64,000 bases of DNA from an uncultured Gemmatimonadota bacterium (GTDB taxonomy: Bacteria > Gemmatimonadota > Gemmatimonadetes > Palauibacterales > Palauibacteraceae). Made by a program: the position numbers and the translations under genes. A model generated the notes under the pieces. That model searched no databases. It worked only from the letters and a program-made list of their open reading frames with translations, and was not told where the DNA came from. This document shows positions 35,980 to 50,805 of the stretch, piece after piece. The stretch spans positions 239,878-303,877 of the forward strand of contig CAZCLY010000002.1 in the NCBI GenBank assembly GCA_964499635.1, in the 5' to 3' direction. Numbering within the stretch: position 1 is the first letter of the stretch; each line of letters starts with the position of its first letter.

Positions 35980-38403
35980 CTACTCCGTCCGCAGCGTGAT
36001 CATCGGGTCGACGCGGGTGGCCCGCCGGGCGGGCCAGAAGCACGCGAACAGGGCCGACAGGCCGAGCAGGAGCGTGACGCCCCCGAGCGTCAGCGGATCG
36101 GTCGGGGCCACGCCGAACAGGAGGCTCGACAGCGCCCGACCGGCCGCGATCGCCCCGCCCAGGCCGAGGACGATGCCCAGACCCGTCAGGATGGCCCCCT
36201 GACCCATCACCCGTCCCAGCACGTCGCCGGGGCGCGCGCCTAGGGCCATCCGGATCCCGATCTCCCGCGTCTGCCGAGACACCATGAACGCCATCACGCC
36301 GTAGATCCCGATGACCCCCAGGACCAGCGCGAGCCCGGCGAACAGCGCCAGGAGCAGGCTCACGAAGCGCTCCGACGCGATGCTCGTGGCGAACACCTCG
36401 TCCAGAGTGGCCACCTGCGAGACCGGCATGTCCGGGTCGAGGTCCCAGACCGCCTCGCGGAGCGTGTTGGCGTAGGCGGACGGATCGCCGCCCTCGGTGT
36501 GCAGCACGATATTGAGCGCGCGCCCCGGGCGCTGGGCGTACGGGATGAACATCTCGGGACGGGGGGTCGCCGCCACCCCCCGGGTTCGCACCGTCTCGAC
36601 CACGCCGACGATGGTCCACCACGGCGAATCGGGGTCCCGTACGCCTCCGATCTTGATGCGCTTGCCGATCGGGTCCTCGTCGGAGAACTGCTCATCGACC
36701 ATGGACTGGCTCACGACGACGGTGAGGAGTCCGTCGGGACGATCGCTATCGTCCACGTAGCGCCCCCTCAGGAGCGGGATCCGCATGGCCTCGAAGAACC
36801 CCGGGGTGGCTCGCCAGAAGTCGCCGGCCGGCTCCTGTCCAGGCTCCGGAAGCCGTCCCTCCACCCCGAAGCTCACGTCGTTGACGTTTCCACCCAGCGG
36901 GAGCAGTGACGCGCTCCCCACCGCGCGGACGCCCGGAGATGTCTCCAGACGATCCTCGAGTTGCCGGACCAGCTCCGGGAGAACCGACGCATCCGGATAG
37001 TCGGCACCGCTGAACGTGATCTGGCCGGTCAGCGCGTCATCGGTCCGGAATCCCGGATCGACGTGCTGCAGCTCCTGGAAGCTCCGCAGCAGGAGACCCG
37101 CCGCGACGAGGACCGCGACGCCCAGCGCGAGCTCCCCGACCACGAGCGCGCTCCGCAACCGGCTCCCCGCCGCGGCAGTGGACCCGCGCTCCCCCTCGCG
37201 CAGGGTGAGGCTAGACGCCTCGGAGGCATACCCCAGGGCCGGAGCTAGACCGAACAGGAGCCCCGTAAGCACCGAGGCGCCCAGACCGTACAGGAACACG
37301 GCGGCGTCGAGACCGATGGCGGATGCGCGCGGCAGACCCGACGGCGCGAGCTGGACGAGGACGTCGGTGCCCCACACCCCCAGGCCGAGTCCGAGCAGCC
37401 CCCCCGCGATGGCGAGGACCATGCTCTCGGTGAGGAGCTGCCGGGCGATGCGGATCCGTCCGGCTCCCAGCGACGCCCGCACGGCGAGCTCGCGCTCGCG
37501 CACCGATGCGCGTCCCAGGAGCAGATTGGCCACATTGGCGCACGCGATCAGCAGGACCAGGCCCACCGTGGCGAGGAGCACGAAGAGCGGCGTGCGCACG
37601 GGGCCCACCACTGTGTCCCGGAGCGGCTCCAGGGTCACCCCGACGTCGCGATAGTCGACCGGGTTCTCCTCGGCGATCCCCGCCGCGATCCGCTCCATGT
37701 CCGACAGCGCGGCCTCGCGCGTGACGCCCGGGGCGAGCCGTCCGATCACCCGCAGGTAGTAGTTCCCGCGGTCGTCCCGCGAGCGATCGATCGGAAGGAC
37801 ACCCCAGATTTGCGCGTTCGAGATGATGGGCCCCTGGAACCCGGGCGGCGCGACTCCGACGACGACGTGCGGTTCGCCGTTCAGCGTCAGCGATGTCCCG
37901 ATGATGGCCTCATCGCCGCCGAAGCGCTCCTGCCAGAAGTCGTGTCCCAGCACCACGACCCGGTCGTTGCCGGGGGTCTCCTCCCCGGCAGCGAAGCCGC
38001 GTCCCTGCCGGGGCTCCACCCCGAGCACCGAGAAGTACGACGGGCTCACGAGCGCCCCGTTGAGGACATCGGGCCGCTCGCCAGCGGTCAGGTTGGGCTG
38101 CCACCCCGTCAGGGCCGCCATGCCGGAGAAGGTCCGGTTCCGGTCGCGCCACTCGGCGAAGGTCGTGCGCCCCGTCCACTCGTTGGCCGGCCCTCCGCGA
38201 AGCTCCTGGTTCTCCCACACGGTCAGCAGTCGACCGGATTCCGGATACGGCAACGGCTCTAGCAGCACCCCGTTCACGACGCTGAAGATCGACGTGTTCA
38301 CGCCGATCCCGAGCGCCACGGTGAGGAGCGCGATGGCCGTGAAGCCGGGATTGCGCCGCAGGGCGCGGAACGCGAACCGAATGTCCTGTCGCAGCGTTTC
38401 CAT
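35980..38403 (-). CDS. Duplicated MacB-type ABC permease (ADOP-like), tandem copy 5
   Basis: I chose ATG 38403 (METLRQDIRFAFRALRRNPGFTAIALLTVALGIGVNTSIFSVV), giving 807 aa with the C-terminus ITLRTE. The 1343-aa track ORF is an upstream read-through in the wrong frame of the next gene. Confidence 0.92.
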   Translation of the reverse strand: METLRQDIRFAFRALRRNPGFTAIALLTVALGIGVNTSIFSVVNGVLLEPLPYPESGRLLTVWENQELRGGPANEWTGRTTFAEWRDRNRTFSGMAALTGWQPNLTAGERPDVLNGALVSPSYFSVLGVEPRQGRGFAAGEETPGNDRVVVLGHDFWQERFGGDEAIIGTSLTLNGEPHVVVGVAPPGFQGPIISNAQIWGVLPIDRSRDDRGNYYLRVIGRLAPGVTREAALSDMERIAAGIAEENPVDYRDVGVTLEPLRDTVVGPVRTPLFVLLATVGLVLLIACANVANLLLGRASVRERELAVRASLGAGRIRIARQLLTESMVLAIAGGLLGLGLGVWGTDVLVQLAPSGLPRASAIGLDAAVFLYGLGASVLTGLLFGLAPALGYASEASSLTLREGERGSTAAAGSRLRSALVVGELALGVAVLVAAGLLLRSFQELQHVDPGFRTDDALTGQITFSGADYPDASVLPELVRQLEDRLETSPGVRAVGSASLLPLGGNVNDVSFGVEGRLPEPGQEPAGDFWRATPGFFEAMRIPLLRGRYVDDSDRPDGLLTVVVSQSMVDEQFSDEDPIGKRIKIGGVRDPDSPWWTIVGVVETVRTRGVAATPRPEMFIPYAQRPGRALNIVLHTEGGDPSAYANTLREAVWDLDPDMPVSQVATLDEVFATSIASERFVSLLLALFAGLALVLGVIGIYGVMAFMVSRQTREIGIRMALGARPGDVLGRVMGQGAILTGLGIVLGLGGAIAAGRALSSLLFGVAPTDPLTLGGVTLLLGLSALFACFWPARRATRVDPMITLRTE

Positions 38404-38438
38404 GGTGCTCCTGTCGGGTACGCGGGCTCGTCCGTCCT

Positions 38439-40874
38439 CTATTCGATGCGAAGCGCGCACGACGGATCGACCGACGTCGCGCGACGGGCGGGGAGCCACG
38501 TCGCGAGCAGCGCGACGGCCATGAGGACCGTCGCCACGACGAGCAGCGTGAGGGGGTCCCGCGGTCCGACGCCGTACAGGAGCCTCGCCATGAGACCCGT
38601 CAGACCGAGCGAGCCCGCCAGCCCGATGAGGATCCCAGTGCCGGCCAGCCCGAACCCCCGTCGCATGACCTCGCCCATGATGTCCGCGCGGCCGGCTCCG
38701 AGCGCCATGCGAACGCCGAACTCGTGCGTGCGCAGGCGGGTGGCGTAGGCGACGACGCCGTAGATCCCCACCACCGCGAGGACCAACCCGATAGCCGCGA
38801 AGGTGGCCAGGATCCAGAGGGTGAAGCGACGCCCGGCGACCGACCTCGCGAGGAGTTCCTGTAGCGTGGCCGCCCGATACACGGGCTGGTCGGGATCTAC
38901 CGTCCACAGCTCGGTCTGCATGCGTTCGAGGCTCGGCCGCGGGGCGGTCCGGGTCCGCGCGACGAACACCATCCCACCGCTCGGCGCCTGCGCCTCGGAC
39001 AGGAAGAGCTCCGGCCGCGGGTCGCGGTCGAGCCCCTCGTGCCGGACCTGCCCGACCACACCGATCACCTCCCACGACACTGCTCGCCCGTCGGCGTCCC
39101 GATACCCATCGATCGCCAGTCGCTCTCCGATCGGGCTCTCGCCAGGCCAGTAGCGCCGCGCCAGCCCCTGGCCGACCACCGTGACGCGCACGGATCCGTC
39201 GCGATCGCGCGCACCGAACGCCCGGCCCTCTATGACCGGGATCCCCATGGTCTCGAAGTAGTCGACCGTCGCCTGGGCCACGAACGCGGTCGGGCGATCC
39301 TCGGGGCGCGGGTCGGGGCGGTCCTCGACGACGAAGCTCCGACGGATCGCGACATCGGCCTCGATGAACGGCAGGGCCGAGACCGCCCCCGCCGACACGA
39401 CGCCCGGCAGCCCGCGGATTCGCTCCAGCACTTCGTCGAAGAACGCCGCCCGCTCCCCGGGCGTCTCGCCTTCCGGATAATGGAACACCTGTAGCGCCGC
39501 GACCCGCTCGCCATCGAAGCCGGGGTCGACCCGCAGCAGCTCCACGAAGCTCCTCGCCAGGAGACCAGCGCCCACAACCAGCATCAGCGACAGCGCGATC
39601 TCGGCAACCACCAGCCCGCCCCGGATCCGGCTGCGGAGGGTTCCCGAGGCGCCGCGCCGTCCCTCCTTCATGGCCACCCGGAGATCCGGCCGCGAGAAGT
39701 GGATCGAGGGCACCAGGCCGAATGCGAGCGCCGTCATGAGCGATGCCCCGAGCGCGAAGCCCAGAACCCGGCCATCGACGGCGACCTCGTCGAGCCGCGC
39801 GATCTCCGGAGGTCCGATCGCGACGATGAGATCGAGGCCCCCGTACGCGACCAGGACTCCCGCCGCTCCACCCAACACCGCGATCGCCACGCTCTCGGTG
39901 AGGAGCTGACGGACGAGACGCCCGCGCCCGGCCCCGAGGGCGGCGCGCAACGAGAGCTCTCCCTCCCGCTCCGTTCCGCGTGCCAGCATGAGGCTGGCGA
40001 CGTTCGCACACCCCACGAGGAGCAGGAAGAGGACGGCGCCCTGGAGGACGAGAAGCGCCGTACGCGCGTCGCCCACGAGGTGGTCACGCAGGGGCACGAC
40101 GCTGGCCCGCATGCCGGCGTTCGACTGCGGGTGGTCGACGGCCAGACGCGCCGAGACCGCCGTCATCTCGGCGCGCGCCGCCTCGAGCGTCACGCCCGGG
40201 GCGAGCCTTCCGACGACGTTCCAGAAGCGGGAGCCCCGCATCTGGCGCTCCCAGCCCTGCTCCACGAGCGGGATCCATGCATCTCGCTCGGTGACCGTGG
40301 GCTGGAAATGCGGGTTGAACGAGCGTGGTGCGATTCCCACCACGGTCGTCGGCACGCCATCCAGCACGATCGAGCGACCGACGAGCTCCGGGTCGGACCC
40401 GAAACGGCGTTCCCATAGCCGCTCCCCGATCACGACGGCCCCACCGATGTCGAAGTCCTCGGGGACGAATCCGCGGCCGAGGAGCATCCGCGTACCGAAC
40501 GCATCGAAGAACCCCCGGGTGACGCGGGCCGCGAACACGACCTCCGGCCGCCCCTCGCCCGTGAGGTCCAGGCTGTACGGATCGAACGCCGCGAGCACTT
40601 CGAACGAGCGGGCCGCATCCCGCCAGTCGTAGAAGTTTCCGGGCGCCACCTCGTCGCGCTCGCTGCCGCGGTCCGGGCCGTGCTCCCACAGCGTGACGAT
40701 CCGATCCGCACCCTCGTAGGGCAGCGCGCGCAGCACGAGCGTGTCGAACACGCTGAAGATCGCGGTGGCGGCGCCGATGGCGATCGCGAGCACCGCCACG
40801 ACGACGAGCGCGAAGCCCGGCCGGGAGGCGAACTGCCGGAGGGAGAACCTCAAGTCCTGGAGCAGGGAGTCCAT
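38439..40874 (-). CDS. Duplicated MacB-type ABC permease (ADOP-like), tandem copy 4
   Basis: 811 aa. The N-terminus is MDSLLQDLRFSLRQFASRPGFALVVVAVLAIAIGAATAIFSVF and the C-terminus is CALRIE. Confidence 0.92.
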   Translation of the reverse strand: MDSLLQDLRFSLRQFASRPGFALVVVAVLAIAIGAATAIFSVFDTLVLRALPYEGADRIVTLWEHGPDRGSERDEVAPGNFYDWRDAARSFEVLAAFDPYSLDLTGEGRPEVVFAARVTRGFFDAFGTRMLLGRGFVPEDFDIGGAVVIGERLWERRFGSDPELVGRSIVLDGVPTTVVGIAPRSFNPHFQPTVTERDAWIPLVEQGWERQMRGSRFWNVVGRLAPGVTLEAARAEMTAVSARLAVDHPQSNAGMRASVVPLRDHLVGDARTALLVLQGAVLFLLLVGCANVASLMLARGTEREGELSLRAALGAGRGRLVRQLLTESVAIAVLGGAAGVLVAYGGLDLIVAIGPPEIARLDEVAVDGRVLGFALGASLMTALAFGLVPSIHFSRPDLRVAMKEGRRGASGTLRSRIRGGLVVAEIALSLMLVVGAGLLARSFVELLRVDPGFDGERVAALQVFHYPEGETPGERAAFFDEVLERIRGLPGVVSAGAVSALPFIEADVAIRRSFVVEDRPDPRPEDRPTAFVAQATVDYFETMGIPVIEGRAFGARDRDGSVRVTVVGQGLARRYWPGESPIGERLAIDGYRDADGRAVSWEVIGVVGQVRHEGLDRDPRPELFLSEAQAPSGGMVFVARTRTAPRPSLERMQTELWTVDPDQPVYRAATLQELLARSVAGRRFTLWILATFAAIGLVLAVVGIYGVVAYATRLRTHEFGVRMALGAGRADIMGEVMRRGFGLAGTGILIGLAGSLGLTGLMARLLYGVGPRDPLTLLVVATVLMAVALLATWLPARRATSVDPSCALRIE

Positions 40875-40916
40875 GCGGCGGCCGCTACGGCGCCCGACGC
40901 GGGTGTCTTCGGCGCT

Positions 40917-43349
<2,433 letters not shown>

Positions 43350-43350
43350 C

Positions 43351-45774
<2,424 letters not shown>

Positions 45775-45778
45775 CGGG

Positions 45779-48190
45779 TCATTCCCGACGCAGGGTGCGC
45801 GCCGGATCGACGCGAGAGGCCCGAACGGCCGGCGCGGCGCTCGCCACCAGCGCGGTCGTGGCGAGCACGAGGGCCACCACCGCGTAGGTCAGCGGATCGC
45901 TCGGCTCGACCCCGAACAGAAGGCTCTGGATGAGCCCGGTGAGGCCGAGCGAGCCTACGATGCCGATCACGAGCCCGATCGTCGACAGCCACAGCCCACG
46001 TCCCACGATCAGCTTCAGCACATCCGTGGAGCGGGCGCCGAGGGCCATGCGAACACCGATCTCCCCGCGTCTCTGCACGACCGCGTACGACAGGATCCCG
46101 TACAGACCCTGGACCGCGATCACCAGCGCCAGCGCCGCGAACAGCGCCACGAGCGTCGAGGTGAAGCGCTGCGGCGCGATCGAATCGGACACGAGCCGAT
46201 CGAGCGGCGCGATCTGGTCGAAGGGGACGGCGGGATCGACGGACCACACGGCGTCCTTCACAGCCCTCGTGAGCGTCGCGTCGTCACCGGGGCCGCGGGC
46301 GACTAGGGTTCCGAACCGCCCCCAGGCCATCTGCCGTTGAGGATACGGCACGTATATCGTGTAGTCGTCCGGCCCCGACAGCGTGTTCTGCTTCACGTCG
46401 GCGACCACGCCCACGACGGTCATCCACTCCGGCTCGGGCGTGTACAGCGCGGCCACCCGCTTGCCGACCGGATCCTCGTCGGGCCAGTACCGGCGTGCGA
46501 ACGTCTCGTTCACGACGGCGACGCGGGGCGCCTCGGCGTCGTCCGTCTCCTCGAAGGCGCGACCCCGCCGTACGGGGACCTCCATGGTGCGGAAGTAGTC
46601 TCCCAGCACGAGACGGATCCGGGCGCTGGGTCGGTTGCCGGGTTCCGGCGGGGGTCGGTCGTCGAACGCGATGCTGTTGCCGATGGAGCCGTACGCGGTG
46701 AGCGGCGCTCCCAGGATGAAGGCGGCCCGCTCGACACCCGGCGAGGACTCGAGCGTCTCGAGGATGCGGTCGAAGGCGGCATCCTGGAGCTCCGTGTCGC
46801 CGTACCGCGACTCCGGCAGCACGAGGTTGGCGGTGATGACGTGCGCGGGCTCGAACCCGAGCTCGACGTGGCGGAGCGACTGGAAGCTGCGGAGCAGCAG
46901 CGTCGAGCCGACCAGCAGGAGCGCGGCGAGCGCCACCTCGGCGACCACCAGGGCGCTCAACGTGCGCCCGCTCCGGCCCGCCGCCCCACGACCGCCCCCG
47001 CGCGCGAGGAGGTCCGCCGGGTCGCGCCGCATCGCATGGAGGGCCGGGACCCAGCCGAACACGAGCGCCGTGGCGACGCACAGCCCCGCGGTGAACAGGA
47101 GGACGCCCGGATGGATCCCGATCTGATCCACCCGCGGCAGACCCGCCGGCGCCAGGGCGATCAGCGCACGCGCCCCCCACCAGGCCAGCAGGGTGCCCAG
47201 CGCGCCGCCGGCCAGCGACAGGAGCACGGCTTCGCCCAGCGCCGAGCCGGCAACCCGCCAGCGGCTCCCGCCGAGCGCCATGCGGACGGCGACCTCGCGC
47301 TCGCCCGCACTGGCGCGCACCAGGAGCAGGTTGGCCACGTTCGCGCACGTGATCAGGAGGACCAGACCCACGGCGCCGAACAGGACCCACAGCGCGGTCC
47401 GCGCCGGCCCCACCACCCGGTCACGCAGCGGGATGCCGTGCACGATCTTGCCCTGGTTGGTGTCCGGGTATGCGTCCGCGAGCCGCGTCGTGATCGTCTC
47501 GATCTCGGCGCTCGCCGCCGCGACCGACACCCCCGGATCCACCCGCGCGATGGCCTCGAAGTTGTTCGACCCCCTCGACTCGAGGAACATCGGGGTCGCG
47601 TCGGCCACCGTAAGCCACATGTCCGTGCCGGCCTGCAGGAAGTCGAACTCCGCCGGCATCACGCCGACGACCGTGAACACCTCCCCACCGAGCCGGAGCG
47701 GTGACCCGACGACGGCCGGATCGGCCCCCAGCCGTCCCCGCCAGAAGGGCTCGGAGACCACCGCGACGCGCTCGCTGCCCTCCACATCGTCGCTCGTGGC
47801 GAGGACCCGGCCGTACAGGGGCGTGGTCTCGAGCACGCGGAAGTACTCCGGCTCGACGACCGATGCCGCCACCCGCTCGGGCTCGCCGGAGCCCGTGAGG
47901 TCGAAGGCCCAGAACGGCAGGTACAGGGCGACGTCCTGGAGCACGGTCTCCTGCATGCGGAGATCCGCGCCGTCCGGGATGGACAGATCGCTCTCCATGG
48001 CCCCCGGACGCGTGAGGAACAGGAGCTGGTCGGCGTCCTCGAACGGGAGCGACCTCAGGAGCACCCCGTCCACCACGCTGAAGATGGCGGTGTCGGCACC
48101 GATCCCGAGGGCGAGCGTCAGGACCGCGACGATCGTGAACGTCGGCGCCGACAGAAGCCGGCGGGCGACGCGTCTGACCTGGGGGAGCAT
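45779..48190 (-). CDS. Duplicated MacB-type ABC permease (ADOP-like), tandem copy 1
   Basis: I chose ATG 48190 (MLPQVRRVARRLLSAPTFTIVAVLTLALGIGADTAIFSVVDG); the track start at 48238 is possible. The C-terminus is RTLRRE and the stop lies 4 nt from the next start. Confidence 0.9.
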   Translation of the reverse strand: MLPQVRRVARRLLSAPTFTIVAVLTLALGIGADTAIFSVVDGVLLRSLPFEDADQLLFLTRPGAMESDLSIPDGADLRMQETVLQDVALYLPFWAFDLTGSGEPERVAASVVEPEYFRVLETTPLYGRVLATSDDVEGSERVAVVSEPFWRGRLGADPAVVGSPLRLGGEVFTVVGVMPAEFDFLQAGTDMWLTVADATPMFLESRGSNNFEAIARVDPGVSVAAASAEIETITTRLADAYPDTNQGKIVHGIPLRDRVVGPARTALWVLFGAVGLVLLITCANVANLLLVRASAGEREVAVRMALGGSRWRVAGSALGEAVLLSLAGGALGTLLAWWGARALIALAPAGLPRVDQIGIHPGVLLFTAGLCVATALVFGWVPALHAMRRDPADLLARGGGRGAAGRSGRTLSALVVAEVALAALLLVGSTLLLRSFQSLRHVELGFEPAHVITANLVLPESRYGDTELQDAAFDRILETLESSPGVERAAFILGAPLTAYGSIGNSIAFDDRPPPEPGNRPSARIRLVLGDYFRTMEVPVRRGRAFEETDDAEAPRVAVVNETFARRYWPDEDPVGKRVAALYTPEPEWMTVVGVVADVKQNTLSGPDDYTIYVPYPQRQMAWGRFGTLVARGPGDDATLTRAVKDAVWSVDPAVPFDQIAPLDRLVSDSIAPQRFTSTLVALFAALALVIAVQGLYGILSYAVVQRRGEIGVRMALGARSTDVLKLIVGRGLWLSTIGLVIGIVGSLGLTGLIQSLLFGVEPSDPLTYAVVALVLATTALVASAAPAVRASRVDPARTLRRE

Positions 48191-48283
48191 GATCCCGTCT
48201 CCGGCTGGCGTGAGGTCGAGGAGGCCGGCGGTGGACACGCCGCCGGCGGGCGGACGGCCGGCCCGTGCGAGCCGGCCCCCGGA

Positions 48284-49045
48284 TCAGGCGATCTCGAACC
48301 CGCTTTCCTTGAGCTCCTCGATCGCCCGCTCGGCGTGCTCCTCGTCCTCGACGATCCGCCCGTCGAACAGGTGGATCGTGCGCTCCGAGAACTCCGCGTA
48401 TCGCGGATCGTGCGTGACCATGCAGATGGTCGCGCCCTCCATGTGGAGTTCCTTCAAGAGCTCCATCACGGCGTTGCCGTTCGTGGAGTCGAGGTTCCCC
48501 GTCGGCTCGTCGGCGAGCACGATCAGCGGATCCCCGACCACGGCGCGCGCCACGGCGACGCGCTGCTGCTGGCCGCCGGACAGCTGGGCCGGATAGTGGT
48601 TCCGGCGGTGTGACATGCCCACCCGTTCGAGCGCCTCGAGCGTGCGCTCCTTGCGCTCGCTGGAGGGCATTCCCTCCCGGTACGTGAGCGGGAGCTCGAC
48701 GTTCTCGTACACCGTGAGATCGCCGATCAGGTTGAACGCCTGGAAGACGAACCCGATGTGACGGTTGCGGATCCGGGCGCGTTGAGAGGCCGACAGCTCC
48801 GCCACCGGCTGACCGTCGAGCAGGTACTCGCCGGCCGTAGGCGTGTCGAGCAGCCCGAGCAGCGAGAGGAGCGTCGACTTCCCGCATCCCGAGGGCCCCG
48901 CGATCGACAGGAACTCGCCTTCCGGGATCTCGAGGTGGATGTCGGACAGGGCGTGGGTCTCCACTTCCTCGGTGTAGAACACCTTCTTCACGCCCTGGAG
49001 CTCGATGAGGGCCCTGCGGTCGCCGTTCGACGTCTGTTCGCTCAT
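48284..49045 (-). CDS. MacB/LolD-type ABC ATP-binding protein (cluster ATPase 1) with a C-terminal acidic extension
   Basis: ATG 49045 follows GGAAGG. Walker A is GPSGCGKST, the signature is LSGGQQQRVAVARAV and Walker B is [11 protein letters not shown]. An extra ~30-aa tail reads EDEEHAERAIEELKESGFEIA. Confidence 0.92.
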   Translation of the reverse strand: MSEQTSNGDRRALIELQGVKKVFYTEEVETHALSDIHLEIPEGEFLSIAGPSGCGKSTLLSLLGLLDTPTAGEYLLDGQPVAELSASQRARIRNRHIGFVFQAFNLIGDLTVYENVELPLTYREGMPSSERKERTLEALERVGMSHRRNHYPAQLSGGQQQRVAVARAVVGDPLIVLADEPTGNLDSTNGNAVMELLKELHMEGATICMVTHDPRYAEFSERTIHLFDGRIVEDEEHAERAIEELKESGFEIA

Positions 49046-49076
49046 GATCTCACCTTCCGGTCAACGCCGGGTTGGG

Positions 49077-49104
49077 ACGCCGTCGGGGACGACCCCCGAC
49101 GGCG
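49077..49104. other. Perfect 12-bp GC-rich hairpin with a tetraloop in the intra-cluster spacer
   Basis: ACGCCGTCGGGG acga CCCCGACGGCGT lies 32 nt upstream of the ATPase start. A T7/A7 run is at 49166-49172 and an ACGTACGT palindrome at 49203-49210, all in the same 200-nt spacer. Confidence 0.7.
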
Positions 49105-49245
49105 TTCGGCCGTCGACCGGTGCGCGGCGGGCGTGCCCGCGAAACTCTGCCTTGCCACAGGAGGGTTTTTTTGTCGCGCACCGGCGTGTTCGGTTCCTCT
49201 GGACGTACGTTACGACTCCCGCGGAGGTTTGCCCGGGGGTGCCTC

Positions 49246-50679
49246 CTACCGGATCCGGATGCGGTCCGCATCGGCGACGCGCGACAGATCCGACAGGATG
49301 ATCACGTCTCCCTCCTGGAGACCCTCCACGACTTCGATCTCGTTCACCGAGCTGCGGCCGAGCTGCACGGTCACCCTGACGGCCTCGCCTCCGTCCCCCA
49401 CCACCTTGAACAGGCTGACCGAGCTGTTCGCCTGTCCGTAGGCCGGGCGATCGACGAACAACACGTCCTGGAGCCGCTCGAGCTCGATCGTCCCGTCGAC
49501 GCTCAGATCGGGACGGGCGCCCGGAGGCAGCTCCTCCGTGAGCCGCACTTCGACGAGCACGGATCCGTTCTGGACGTTCGGGTCCACCCTTCGGACGGCT
49601 CCAGCGATCGAATCGTTGCGCGTGTCGATGACTACGGGCTGACCGATCTGGACATCTCGCGCCTGCGTCTCGGGAATCCGGAGCTCGGCCTTGAGGCGGC
49701 CCGGCTGCGCCACGCGGGCCAGCGTCGTCCCCGCCTGGACGTACTGACCCACCTCGAGAGACAGGTCCTGGATGACTCCGCCCGCTCCCGACATCACCTG
49801 CATCGACTCCACGCGCCGTTGCTGCTGCTGGACGATCGACTGGAGCCGCGCGATCTGCTCGCGCTGCACCTGGAGCTGCGTGTCGACGCTCGAGCGCATG
49901 AGCTCGAGCCGGCCACGCTCCGCATCGACCCGCACCTTCGCGGCGTTCGCCTGCTCGATCGCGCTGCTGGCCTCGTTGCGCGACACCGTCTGGTTCTCGA
50001 CCAGCTCGCGGAACGCATCGGCCTCGCGTTGCGCGGCCTGGTAGTCCGCCTCCGCCGTCGCGACCGTCGACTCCTGCTGGAGGATCGAGGTCTGGAGGCT
50101 CTGATCGAGCGTGATCAGGGTCGCGCGGGCCTGCGTGAGCTGCTGCTGGGCCTGGAGCGCCTGGAGCTCGACGTCGGGGTTCGACAACACGACCAGCACG
50201 GTCGTGTCCGTCACCGTCTCTCCGGGCTGCACGAACACCTGCTCCACCCGCCCCCCGGTGAGCGCGGCGACGTACACGATCTGCTCCGGCACGAGCGTTC
50301 CCGGCCCCCGCACCTCGCGCACGAAGGAGCCGCGCTCGACGGTGCCGAACAGCTGAATATCCCGATCCACGCTGGGCGCCGCCGGTTCGAGGCGGGAGAG
50401 GAGGAACGTCACGACGATCACCGCCAGCACGCCGGCGCCGATCCACATGTTACGACGACGCTTGCGGCTGCCGCCGGCGCGCTTGACGTCCATACCGGCA
50501 CCGCCGCCGATACCGATCTGGATGCGCCGACCGGGGTCGCCCGGCTCCGTCTCCGACCCGATCGCGGGCTCGCCCTTCGCCCTGCGTCCGAAACGCTTCT
50601 TCTCCCTGCCGCCGACCTCGGCCGACAGCCCGGGGCGTTTGCGGGGCGAGCGATCGGCCGGTTCGCTGCCTGAGCTCAC
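49246..50679 (-). CDS. HlyD-family periplasmic adaptor (membrane fusion protein) heading the permease cluster
   Basis: The anchor is WIGAGVLAVIVVTFLL. A long coiled-coil follows (LQALQAQQQLTQARATL...), then LRIPETQARDVQIGQPVVIDTRN. The start is GTG 50679 (AGGAA 7 nt upstream) or ATG 50493. Confidence 0.88.
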   Translation of the reverse strand: MSSGSEPADRSPRKRPGLSAEVGGREKKRFGRRAKGEPAIGSETEPGDPGRRIQIGIGGGAGMDVKRAGGSRKRRRNMWIGAGVLAVIVVTFLLSRLEPAAPSVDRDIQLFGTVERGSFVREVRGPGTLVPEQIVYVAALTGGRVEQVFVQPGETVTDTTVLVVLSNPDVELQALQAQQQLTQARATLITLDQSLQTSILQQESTVATAEADYQAAQREADAFRELVENQTVSRNEASSAIEQANAAKVRVDAERGRLELMRSSVDTQLQVQREQIARLQSIVQQQQRRVESMQVMSGAGGVIQDLSLEVGQYVQAGTTLARVAQPGRLKAELRIPETQARDVQIGQPVVIDTRNDSIAGAVRRVDPNVQNGSVLVEVRLTEELPPGARPDLSVDGTIELERLQDVLFVDRPAYGQANSSVSLFKVVGDGGEAVRVTVQLGRSSVNEIEVVEGLQEGDVIILSDLSRVADADRIRIR

Positions 50680-50805
50680 GTCATATTCCTGCTTCTAGGT
50701 CGCACCGCGTCGCGGGCGCCGTGAATCCTGTCTCCTCACGCACGGGGACCGCCGGGTCCGCCTCCGCGTACCCGGGCGGCGCTCCCGGCGATCCAACCGA
50801 TATAG

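Noticed and set aside
35980-40011. A 1343-aa ORF in the track that would suggest a giant fused double permease
   Set aside because: Only the part from ATG 38403 downstream looks like protein, with the typical METLRQDIRFAFR... N-terminus. The upstream ~535 aa are Arg/Gly/Pro-rich and overlap the real gene 38439..40874 in a different frame. This is a high-GC read-through artefact.
49085-49096. GGGGACGACCCC, identical in form to a guanidine-II (mini-ykkC) riboswitch hairpin with an ACGR loop
   Set aside because: The ACGA loop is on the plus strand, antisense to all neighbouring genes. No second ACGR hairpin is nearby (the next hairpin has a CGTG/GT loop), and no downstream plus-strand transporter gene exists. 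I treat it as a plain structural hairpin.
49121-49160. A possible internal sigma54 promoter (minus-strand TGGCAAGGCAGAGTTTCGC) ahead of the first ATPase
   Set aside because: With GG fixed, the GC doublet is not at the required position (TT occupies it), so the -24/-12 spacing fails.
49166-49172. The T7/A7 run as a rho-independent terminator ending the HlyD transcript
   Set aside because: On the coding (minus) strand it reads A7 rather than U7, so it cannot serve as the U-tract of a minus-strand terminator. It is only relevant to a hypothetical plus-strand antisense RNA.
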